From: Mytilus trossulus
Taxonomy: Eukaryota
Assembly: GCF_036588685.1 (NCBI RefSeq)
Contig: NC_086374.1
Coordinates: 97,030,001-97,094,000, forward strand
Direction of reading: 5' to 3'
DNA length: 64,000 nt
Made by a program: the position numbers and the translations under genes. Below are positions 53,993 through 64,000 of the stretch, piece by piece. Position 1 is the first letter of the stretch; each line of letters begins with the position of its first letter. Below the pieces are notes generated by a model. It searched no databases. It was given only the letters and a program-made list of their open reading frames with translations, and was not told the DNA's origin.

Positions 53993-54424
53993 AGTACTGG
54001 CTACGATTACTCACAAAAAGTAACTCCGAGACTAATTTCTTGCCAGGACCCGATGTCAAACGGAAATTGCGAGTAATAATTGATAATATAGATTCTATTT
54101 TTACACACAAAATATATTCTAACAATTGGTCAGAGCCTCGACGAAAACATCTGACCAAAATTTGTTTTTCCGATGAGTCTGGGAAAATGTTTAAAAAAAT
54201 CTATTTTCTATCAATATAAATTTGTACAAATATGTAAAACAACGTATGCTGGACAAGAAAAGCGAAGAATAATGTATCCCAATGTTACAAAAAACAACAT
54301 AAAATGCAAACGTAAAATTTTGCAGGTAGCACTAAAAAATTATACTAACTAGTCTCGAGAGAAGCAATGAAAATTATTTCATACTGACTATTGTCACTTT
54401 TTGCGGGTAATCGTAGCCATTGCC
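53993..54424. mobile_element. MITE with ~28-bp TIRs just downstream of the kinase stop
   Basis: tggctacgattactcacaaaaagtaac ... gtcactttttgcgggtaatcgtagcca; flanks aaa/taa are only weakly compatible with a TWA TSD. Confidence 0.75.
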
Positions 54425-54496
54425 TAAATTAAATGAACTCCGAAATGCCATACCGAAACACAGAACCTGTCCGTTAGTTTTTGCCTGATTTACATC

Positions 54497-55765
54497 TTAT
54501 ATTCCATACTGAGTTTTAATTTCTTGCTCCCTTTGGCCTTCTCTTATCTTTTTAGGTTGACGAATCATGTAAAAGTTTCCTATTTGAACCTTTGTGTGCT
54601 TTTCTAACATCCATTCGCTATATTTTGTTCTATTTAATGAAAATCTGGAATGCGAACAAAATGTCAGTAATCCTCGTACGAGTTGCTTTAACTCAAACGT
54701 AAGAGACAATACACGCGTTTCTGGGAACTCTATTTCTTTGGACGCACGGTTCAAAAACTCGGATTTGATTAAACCTAATGGATACCTGCCTGTGCACATT
54801 AAATATAGAATGCACCCTAATGACCATACATCTGACACTTTGGGATCGTAAGGATGATCCATTAGTATTTCTGGAGCTTGAAATCCAGTAGTTCCACAAT
54901 TGTCAGTCCTCAGTGGATCTCCAGAAAAATAAACTATAGCATGGCCAAAGTCTGATATCTTCAAAGAATTACGGGAAGTTACTAAAATATTTTCTGTGCA
55001 CAAATCTCTGTGTGCGATTCCTTGGAGATGCAAATATTCGATTCCTGAAAATATCTGATTGAAGTACTTGTGTGTAACGGATTCGGTCAAAAATCTTGCA
55101 TCATGAACTTTTAGAAGTTGTTCTAGAGTACCATTTTCACAAAATTCTAAAACAACACCATACCGACCTTCGTAGCAAATACTGTTTAACCAAGTCAAAA
55201 CATGTGGATGGTGCAATTGTTTAAGATGGTTCAATTCAAATGTCATATCAGTTTTCCAAGAGTACCGGGATCGGCTTCGGGACTTTGCTGTGTTTAGTTT
55301 CAAAGCAACAGGACAAAATTCGCTCTCCTCAAAGTTTTGTTTTTTGTGCAGATCTTGTGCCAAAATTATCGTTCCGGACCTGCCTTTTGCAATCACTTGT
55401 AACGGTCGGTATCCCAAAAGTTCTAGGTCCGGTATCATGGCATCATAATGAATATTTCCAGTTTTAATCTGTCTATTCGGATATTTACTGAGAGGAATTG
55501 GATATTTGTATTCCCATTCATCGCCAAGATCACACTTTTGTCTAAAGAAAACTAGATTGTCCTTGTCTTCGGGTTTGCCACTACTGGATGTTGCAACCGA
55601 TACAAAATGGTGCCCTGTCACGACATCGTTAAAATCTCCACTTGCCGAGCTAGATGGTAGATTATGAAAAGATTTCGAAGGTGACTGTTCCTGAATCTGG
55701 CAACTATCCCCGCCTATATGAGGCTCCATTTTTCTCTTTTTCCTCTCCGGCTCCTCTGAATTCAT
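54497..55765 (-). CDS. Intronless testis-specific Ser/Thr kinase (TSSK)-like protein, CAMK group
   Basis: 422-aa ORF with AKGRSG loop, VALK, HRDLCTEN, DFG, CGTTGFQAPE and the TSSK-like PYDPKVSDVWSLGCILY; N-terminal extension with basic PERKKRK. Confidence 0.88.
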   Translation of the reverse strand: MNSEEPERKKRKMEPHIGGDSCQIQEQSPSKSFHNLPSSSASGDFNDVVTGHHFVSVATSSSGKPEDKDNLVFFRQKCDLGDEWEYKYPIPLSKYPNRQIKTGNIHYDAMIPDLELLGYRPLQVIAKGRSGTIILAQDLHKKQNFEESEFCPVALKLNTAKSRSRSRYSWKTDMTFELNHLKQLHHPHVLTWLNSICYEGRYGVVLEFCENGTLEQLLKVHDARFLTESVTHKYFNQIFSGIEYLHLQGIAHRDLCTENILVTSRNSLKISDFGHAIVYFSGDPLRTDNCGTTGFQAPEILMDHPYDPKVSDVWSLGCILYLMCTGRYPLGLIKSEFLNRASKEIEFPETRVLSLTFELKQLVRGLLTFCSHSRFSLNRTKYSEWMLEKHTKVQIGNFYMIRQPKKIREGQREQEIKTQYGI

Positions 55766-55864
55766 GTCGGGAAACTTTCCATCCGTAAAATGTTTGATAG
55801 TGTGTACCTTTGCAATGCGTTGATATTCACGACGATTGTTATGCTAGTTGTATAGATATCTTTA

Positions 55865-55872
55865 TGACGTCA
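55865..55872. promoter_or_regulatory. Palindromic CRE (TGACGTCA) upstream of the kinase
   Basis: Exact TGACGTCA 100 bp 5' of the kinase ATG in a CpG-retaining segment. Confidence 0.5.
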
Positions 55873-57487
55873 ACACAGACCAAAATTTATTCGGACCAAA
55901 ATTTCCGTGTTTTTGTCCGTTGTCTATCGACGGCGGCGTAACAATCGTCGTTTGCCATTAATTTTCACCCTTGCGTTTTTTAGTGGTGTATCATTTTTTT
56001 TTTGGTTTTGTTATAAGTAAGTTATCGTTAGTTATCTCGTTTGTATGGGTTTTTTTCTCTCGTTGTTGAAGGCTGTATAGTTGTCTATAATTTGTAACCT
56101 CCATTTCATGTGACAGATCGTGCAAGGGCTGTTTTTATAGCTAGCCAAGGTAGTTAAAAACTCCAATCATCATTTGGAACTCTCGCGGATTTTTCTCTCA
56201 TTAGCTATCATACCACATCTACTTATTTTTATATAGACTCTGTAACTGTTGAAATTTGTCGGATTAAAAATGCCATAGTAGTATTCTCAGTCAGGATTTT
56301 GAGAATACCCTATAACTTTTTCTTACGTTTTGATTTCTGACGCAGTAAATTTCAGGAAAATTATCAAATAATCTATAAAAGATTTTTGTTACAGGTTACT
56401 CACCACATAGGTGAGTATATAACTTTCTCTGCATTGAATAAGCTTTAAGATACTCACATAATATATATAGATAAAAAGACAATTTTTGTTACATGCAGGC
56501 TTTCAACATATTTATAATCTATACTAATATGTGTTTATCAAATTTTAGTGGGTGAGCTAATTCCCCCCTCCCACTAATTAGTAATCGTCTATTCAATTTC
56601 AAAAATCAAATACTTTTCTGAGGAATATATTAATAATATTTGATTCAGCACTAGATCATCATGAAACTAATTAAAAGACAGCTGAACTTTAGTAACTGGA
56701 GTTATAAAAAATTATCAATGAGAAGAAAAGAATTGTGTCTGATGCCGTATGTTTTTGTTTACAATAAATGCATTCATAACTAAATATTTATTTTTACATG
56801 TATTATTGGGTGTGAGGATCTATATCACACCGCCTCATATATCCGTTAATACGCTTTGTGTCTGCATATTCCTTAATTGGTTAACGAGGTAATGTGCGAC
56901 CGGGCGACAATAACCGCCATCTTTATGAGCTGATCGGCTCGTAAATTGACAATTGGAAAATGAAACCGACAACACAATGATGTAAGACTGTTCATTAAAG
57001 ATCTCATGACCTTTTCATCACCTATTTGTTCGGAATGATAAAAGTGTGAGTCTATCAGGCAATAATTATTAAATGAAAACACTCACGGTTTACAGTTAGG
57101 ACCATTAATACATAATTCCAACCAAATAAATATAGTCAACAACAGAGTCGGGAGATACCAAGGGAACATTCAAAACTTTAAGGAGAACTGACAACACCAT
57201 GGCAAATGACGAAAATAACGACTAAAGAACGAAAAGTCCATTAAACACTAAAGAAAAAGAAAACTAAAGATTGACCAAGACAAATCCCAAACAAAAAGCT
57301 GGGAGCGAAATTCAAGTTGGAACCCCTCTTTTTTGGGTCCGATCAATGCATTTGAATGGGGACATATAGTTATTCATTTTATACGACCAATTTTTGTAAT
57401 ATTTATCAGTTTATGCGAAGTATTGTAAACCCGAAGCAAACTTGTTCAGTTTCCTATAATCCCGAATAACAAGACAATATATAGAGA

Positions 57488-57622
57488 ATAATACATGGCA
57501 AAATCCGTATCATATGTCGTATCATCCCGAGACATCAATATCAGCCCAAGGGCCGTTAGGCCCGAGGGATGATATTGGTCGAGGGTGATACGGCATGTGA
57601 TACGGATTTTGCCATGTATTAT
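57488..57622. repeat. 135-bp imperfect palindrome at the end of a ~700-bp probable mobile element
   Basis: Arms ataatacatggcaaaatccgtatca...gggcc / GTTA loop / ggccc...tgatacggattttgccatgtattat. Confidence 0.9.
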
Positions 57623-58577
57623 ACGCTTTATCATATATTTCAACAGAAGAGTTTTATATTATATGAACTGTTTTCTGATCCATAGCAATGGGTTACCTTC
57701 AGTTCTGCTTTTGTCTTGTTTCAAAGCTTTGAAATAACTGCTCAATTATTTATACGAAGCTCCTAGGTTACTTTACAATCTGTTGTTTTGAAAATATTTT
57801 GTTTATTTTTGTATATATTTGAGTGTTTTGTATTTTTTATAGTTGCATTTAGTGTGCCAAAAAATTTGTTGTAAAAACTTGATGTTCGTGACGTCACATA
57901 CAATATGAAAACTTGATGTTCGTGACGTTACATACCAAATATGACGTCATTCAAAAAAATGACCTATTTTTAGAAAAAAAAATCTTAAGCAAAAAAATAA
58001 CAAAAAAAACTGACTTTAGTTTAAAAAAAAAAAAAAAAAAAAGGTATGCGATACGGATTTTACCATGCGATACGGGGTATGCGATACGGGTTTAGCCATG
58101 CGATACGGGGTATGCGATACAGGGTAGGTGATACAGACTGGAAAAAAGAACCTTTATTAGATATACAAAATAGCTGTATTTTGTACTAAATATATGATAA
58201 AATTTTGTAATATATCGTCCACTTATATAAAAGGAAAAGTCCTGCTGATTAAGAATGGATGTGCTTACTATAAAAAAGAAGATATCAAGGGGACAATCAA
58301 AAACAATAAACCAAAGTTCATGAAAGAGGGGGCGAAAGATACCAGAAGGACAGCCATGAAAAAATGACCCGAAAATAAACGAAACAAATGAAAATGGATC
58401 AGAGTCGGATGTGACCCATTTAGATTTCTTGGAACCGGAGTTGTTTTTTTATATCAACACTCCATGCATGATGTAACAAAAAACGTAGTGTTCTAAACTA
58501 CGCCAACAAAGAGAAAACAAGAATTTTGCAAGAAAATTAAATAATAATAATTTCAAAATGTCTTATCCTTTTTATAT

Positions 58578-59500
58578 AAATCAAATCAAATCATTTTATT
58601 GGTGTAAAATCCAAATATTGGATTGTTACCAAGACAAACATGACAATCATTACAAACATATAATATATAAATTTAAACAACATTCATATTCTTATAAGAC
58701 TATATATTTAAATGTTTTGGAGGAGGTGATACCTTTGCAAATTAAAAGTCCAAGTACAAACATTCATATTAATGCAATTGTTATGAAATATATCATTACA
58801 AATACTATAAGAAATTAATACATAAATCATTTACTCCCTTGACAATAATTTTAGTTACTTCATACTCATTAAAAGTAAACATAAATACAAATTTTTCCTC
58901 ATCAACCATTTTAGTGAAATCTGGAATTATATTCTCTAATTCTTGAAAAAGTTTTTGCCTACATTTTTCTTAATTTGACATTTTAAAGTAAAATGATATT
59001 CATCTTCTACATCTTTTTTACAGAGAGGACATAGTCTTTTTTCCAACGGTAATTTACGGTGTCTACCCTGTTCAATATTTAGATAACTATTACTTATTCT
59101 TATTTTTATAAAATTTGATATCATGTATCGATCTAAATCTATTAATAATTTTTTTTCTAATTTGTATTCTTTTTTTAATTTTCTGTATGTTCTTAATTTG
59201 TTTCCATTTGGGTTATTTTGGTCGTTAAAAAGACTGTCTTTCCAGAAATCTGTATACCTTTCAGCTATTTTTTTACCTACAGATTTTATAAGGCATTTTT
59301 TAGAGAATGTACATTGATTTTCCCATACATGATTAAACCCTATTTTTGAAAGACCTTTTTTTAATTTGACCGCAAAACCATTATTTAAATTTAAACTACA
59401 TTTATAGGCATTTGAAGCATAACTTTCTTTTTTTGCATTTATCAAATGGCACCAATAGCCAACCGAAGCCTTAACAGCATCAATAGCAATAGGTAACATA
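58578..59500 (-). mobile_element. Degenerate 3' fragment of an RTE-X-like LINE
   Basis: ORF 58936..59541 ends in RISNSYLNIEQGRH..RLCPLC..VEDEYHFTLKC (Cys/His C-terminal domain) and then breaks; AATAAA plus (TTTGA)n tail at ~58578-58600 (minus). No RT core. Confidence 0.8.
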
Positions 59501-62085
59501 TATATATGAAAAGCTAAATTGTTAAACACGAACTCGACCACAAATTAAAGGATTTTATGTACCCCTAGAGGATTTGCAGCTCTTGCTCCACTTGCGACAC
59601 CCGCCATAGAATCAGTCTGAAAAAAACGTATTTCAACCTAATCTTGACATTTCTATGAAAAGGTGACAAATACAAAATTAACAGATATCTCTATTTTCTT
59701 TCTAGTTAAACTCAAGAAGAATAAATTTAATATGTTTGAAAACTCGAGAAATACTTATTTAATTAGATATATTATTTTATTACTTTAGCATGGTTCTCTT
59801 CCATATGTTCTGTTCAGCATATATCAATAGAGCTTTACAGTACAAGATTTAAGGATTCTTTATCTTTTTTTATTACCACCGGTGGGTGTGGTTAAGTCAA
59901 GTTTTGAATGATTTACATGTGAGATCAAAAGACAAACGAGTCGTGATGAACAATTCATAATTCTTTTATTTCACTTCAGTATAGAGAAGACTATAGTTTT
60001 ATGTTCCCAATGGAATAACCTTTATTCGAATCAGCTGCAGGAAAGTTGTAAGTTCAGGCGACGTGTGTGTATGGTAAACCCGAAAACGGATACAAATTTA
60101 ACGACTTTTAAAATTGAGTGAATAGCTCGACATGGGATATTTCTTATCCCTGGGCATATTTTCCATATTTATAAAAAAAAAACTTGGAATACAAGAAGTT
60201 CAATATGAAACGTTTGGAACATTAACTCCTCGACCCGGATGTTCCACGGCAATTTTGCGACACTAATTACCACCCTTTCTTTTGCAGCTGAGCCTCGTAA
60301 TGAAAATGAGAAGCTGTCTCGTGTGAGCGGATGAATGGGACTTAGGGAATCTCTTAACATCGATAAATCTACACTAAGACAAGCACAAAATAGTTCCCAG
60401 AGGCAAAATGAAAAAGAAATAAACATCTTAAATATCAATTGAAATTGGAGATAAACAGATAAAATTGTCAAGTGATTTGTTCAGTTTGTTTCAAAGACAA
60501 TGGCTTTGATAACATAGAACCAAATAAACTGACGCCTAACATGCAAGATAAAAATGCAGTTTTCAACAGGAACAATTGGAAATGAACTAGAATTCCATAA
60601 CTTAACTTATTAACTGCATGATGTACGATACGTTTTAATTGCCATTTACAAAAGAACTTGAAATCAGGTCGAATTCCAACGGAAGGATTTGAATGCAAAT
60701 CATTTTCTTTTCAGTTTTTAGTCTAACATTACTATACATGGTTTTAACTTTATACATTTATGATCTCAAGCCACTATGATTTAATGCTCGGAGAACCCAA
60801 ATAAACTGCAATTTGAATAATACATGCAATTCGCTCAAAACAGAACAGGAAACTATTTGTAAAGTGTATACTAGTTGTTGACAAGGGTTTGTTTTACCGA
60901 CATTGACTGCCCATAGTGGTCTTGCAAGGTCGGAACTAGTAGCTAATTTTATACAAATATAATAACACAACAGATTGAATACCTGACAAGACTTATTAGA
61001 TTTGCATATTTCAAAATATTTTAATGCGATTAGTGTGTTAGTACCTTTCCCTTAATTGGTTTTTAAGTTTTTTTGGGCCATGTAAGATCATTGTAACTGC
61101 CAACACTGTTTAGAATCAGATGGGTTTTGAATATTTTTTGAATATATAACAAGTGTGGACACAGATGAGTGTGGATAGTATGTTTGGATGTTTGACAGTG
61201 TCTTATGACAATAAAGTTCTATGTTTTTCCTATATGGTGTTAATAACTGTGTTGCACGGTGACAACCGATCTGAGCATTAGGAGTGTTATTTATTTGATA
61301 TTTGTTTTATGTTCAATACAGACATGGGGAGACAGTAATTACATTAGTTACCAAATGATTATGATAGAACATGTTCTACATCTTTGGTTTTGGATTCATT
61401 TTGTAGCTGGGAGAGCAATTGTTAATTTCTGTGTCGATTTGGTCTCTTGTGGAGAATTGTCTCAATCATACCTCATCTTTTTTATATGTATTTGCTTACT
61501 ATTGGTATGGTTCTATTTACATTACTTTGTGGTGGATCGTCAGTATCATTAGTAAATTATTTTGTTAAAATGTCGAATTTCTTCCTCAGATTAGAATACA
61601 TTTATTGGTTTTAAGTAATGACAATGGCTTATGTCTGACATGATTATTGGGGCTAAATGAGATAGGAAGTAAACCTCTGTGCTGATTTATTTCAATTCTT
61701 TATATCTCCTCCAAAGCTGGTCGAAGCAAAGACAAGTTTTGACCAATATAAAAATGATTTCACCAAAAGAACCTTTGTGAGCATGCTTCAAAGACTCATA
61801 ACTGCTCCAAAAGTAATCCGATCGAATTTGAAACATGTCAAATTGTCAAGCAGATATCATCAACATCTACTTAATAAGTCTTAATATGTCCAAATACCTA
61901 AAAAGCTATTTAGTACTCAAAAGGTATTGCAAAATTATTCCTTTTCATTTTTTGTTTTGTTATATGGATACAAATATAAGTGATACATGTACCAATACAG
62001 TATTTGTTGTGGTATGCAAGTGTAGTAATTAACATTTACTGTAACAATGTTAATTCACACAAATTAAGAAATAACAAATGAATGG

Positions 62086-63619
62086 AACAGATACTCCGCA
62101 GGGTGCTGCTTTATACGACTGCAGAGGTGGAAACCTGAACAGTTGGGGCTGATACAGCTCTGAATTTGGATTGTGGTTAAATAGTTGACACAACATAGGT
62201 TTCTGACACAGATTGAACGTGGTCTATTAGAACTTCAACTTAAAAAATTTAAATTGGACATTTACCTATTTTGGTCCAATATCCAAAATCTAAATACATG
62301 GTTAAATTCAGAATATCATAGAACCCGAAGAATTCAATTTTTAATGAAATCAAATAATGTTTAATTTTAGACCCTTTAGACCTCCATGTGGACCAATTTG
62401 ATAACCGGGCCCAAATATTAAAAATCTAAATACACGGTTTGATTCGGCATATTGAAGAACCCCATATATTCAATGTTTGTTGAAAAGAAACAAAGTTCAA
62501 TTTTTGACCCTTTGGATCTTAATGTAGACCAATTTGAAAACAGGACAATACAGTGCAATTGAATATTCCTTGCTATTGGCAATACTGTGCAATTGAAAAT
62601 TTCTTGCTATTGCGCAATACTTACTATTAGATATTTCTTACTTTTGTGCAATTCAGTGCAATTACAAATTTCTTGCTATTGCACAATACTGTGCAATTGG
62701 AGATTTCATGCTATTGTGCAATACTGTGCAATTGAGCATTTCTTGCTATCGAACAATACTGTGCAATAAAAGATCTCTTGCTATTGCAGAATACTGTGCA
62801 ATTGAAAATTTCTTGCTATTGAACAATACTTACTATTAGTAAAATAATTTTTGATCCCGATTGGGACCAACTTGAAAACTGGGCCCATAATCAAAAATCT
62901 AAGTACATGTTAAGACTCACCATATCAAAGAACCTCAAAAATTCATTTTTTGTTAAAATCAAGCTAATTTTAATTTTGGACCCTTTGGACCTTAATGTAG
63001 ATCAATTTAAAAACAGGACCAAAAATTAAGAATCTTAACATGGTTAGATTTGGCAAATCAAAGAAGCACAATAATTCATTTTTTTAATGAAAGCAAACAA
63101 AGTTTAATTTTGGTCCCTTATTCCTTGGGACCAAAACTCCCAAAAATAATCCAAACCTTCCTTTTGTGGTCATAAACCTTAATAGATTTCTATTAACTTA
63201 TGCTAAAGGTATTGTTAAAAAAAAACAAGAAAAATGCTTATTTGGGACCTGTTTTTGGTTCCTAAATCCTACACTGTTGGGACTAAAACTACCAAAATCT
63301 ATTCCAACCCTCCTTGTGTGGCCATAGACCTTATGTTAAAATATCATAGATTTCTGTTTACTAATACTTGAGTTATAGAGCAAAAACCAAGAACAATGCT
63401 AATTTGGGCCCTTTTTCCTAAACTGTAGACCAAAATACCCAAAATCAATCCCAGCCTTCCTTTCATGGTCATAAACCTTGTGTCTAAATTTCATATATTT
63501 CTATTGACTTTTACTTAAGTTAGAGTGTGAAACCCAAATGTCTTTGGATGAAGACGATGACGCCAACGTGATACCAATGTGCAACCAAAAAGTTTTCCAT
63601 TTTTGCGGTCGTATAAAAA
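62086..63619 (+). mobile_element. Second, more diverged copy of the same HINE-like family
   Basis: Same left end and IRs (62110-62123, 63604-63617), same ~160-bp unit, expanded ~35-bp array at ~62545-62840. Confidence 0.75.
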
Positions 63620-64000
63620 TGATCTCAAATCAAATTTCTAATGGAGTTTGCAACAATAATTATTCAACTACTCATTTTAATAAAACATAAAGTATTAAAA
63701 TATAAATGTCATAGTCATGGTGATGATGCCCCCCGCTAACATATAACGTTAAAAAGGTACATAAAGTGAAGCTGCCAAAAATTGAACTTAAACTGAGTTA
63801 AGGTAACACGATACCGAATGGCATATCTCACGATTTCCAAACTTTTTGGCACACGTGTTCTTTGAATCAAGTTACTTCGGAATATGTAATAAAAAATGGG
63901 GGTCACCATTTTTGTTTTCTTGGTATTTTCGTAAGAAAACGTCAATTTTGGCGACAGATTTACTTACGTATATAGGCGAAATGCCTATTTTTCGACTTGC

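Noticed and set aside
59880-60970. Possible decayed transposase or recombinase
   Set aside because: More complex than the flanks, but the frames I translated gave no recognisable motif; BLASTX needed.

Overview
AT-rich, repeat-dense animal genomic DNA, not prokaryotic. The repeat landscape looks bivalve, most likely a Mytilus mussel (my recognition, not a search result). About 49 kb is the 5' part of one minus-strand multi-exon gene. I rebuilt it by hand from GT-AG splice sites into six phase-compatible coding exons (880 nt, ~293 codons) plus a putative non-coding first exon near 49.3-49.5 kb. The spliced peptide carries five short motifs, in order, that resemble the vertebrate CEP350 N-terminus as I recall it; the gene continues past the left edge. 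Upstream, also on the minus strand, is an intronless TSSK-like Ser/Thr kinase with an atypical catalytic loop and a perfect CRE ~100 bp before its ATG. The rest is mobile DNA: a 5'-truncated but uninterrupted CR1-group LINE, an RTE-X-like 3' remnant, tRNA-derived SINEs, hAT-, Harbinger- and TTAA-type MITEs, Helentron-associated-like elements with internal tandem arrays, minisatellites and a 135-bp hairpin. I found no convincing novel multi-gene system. The most unusual local features are a 65-bp tandem array that multiplies a CEP350 splice acceptor and a tandem duplication holding both the filled and empty site of a hAT insertion. Most short ORFs in the track are noise.
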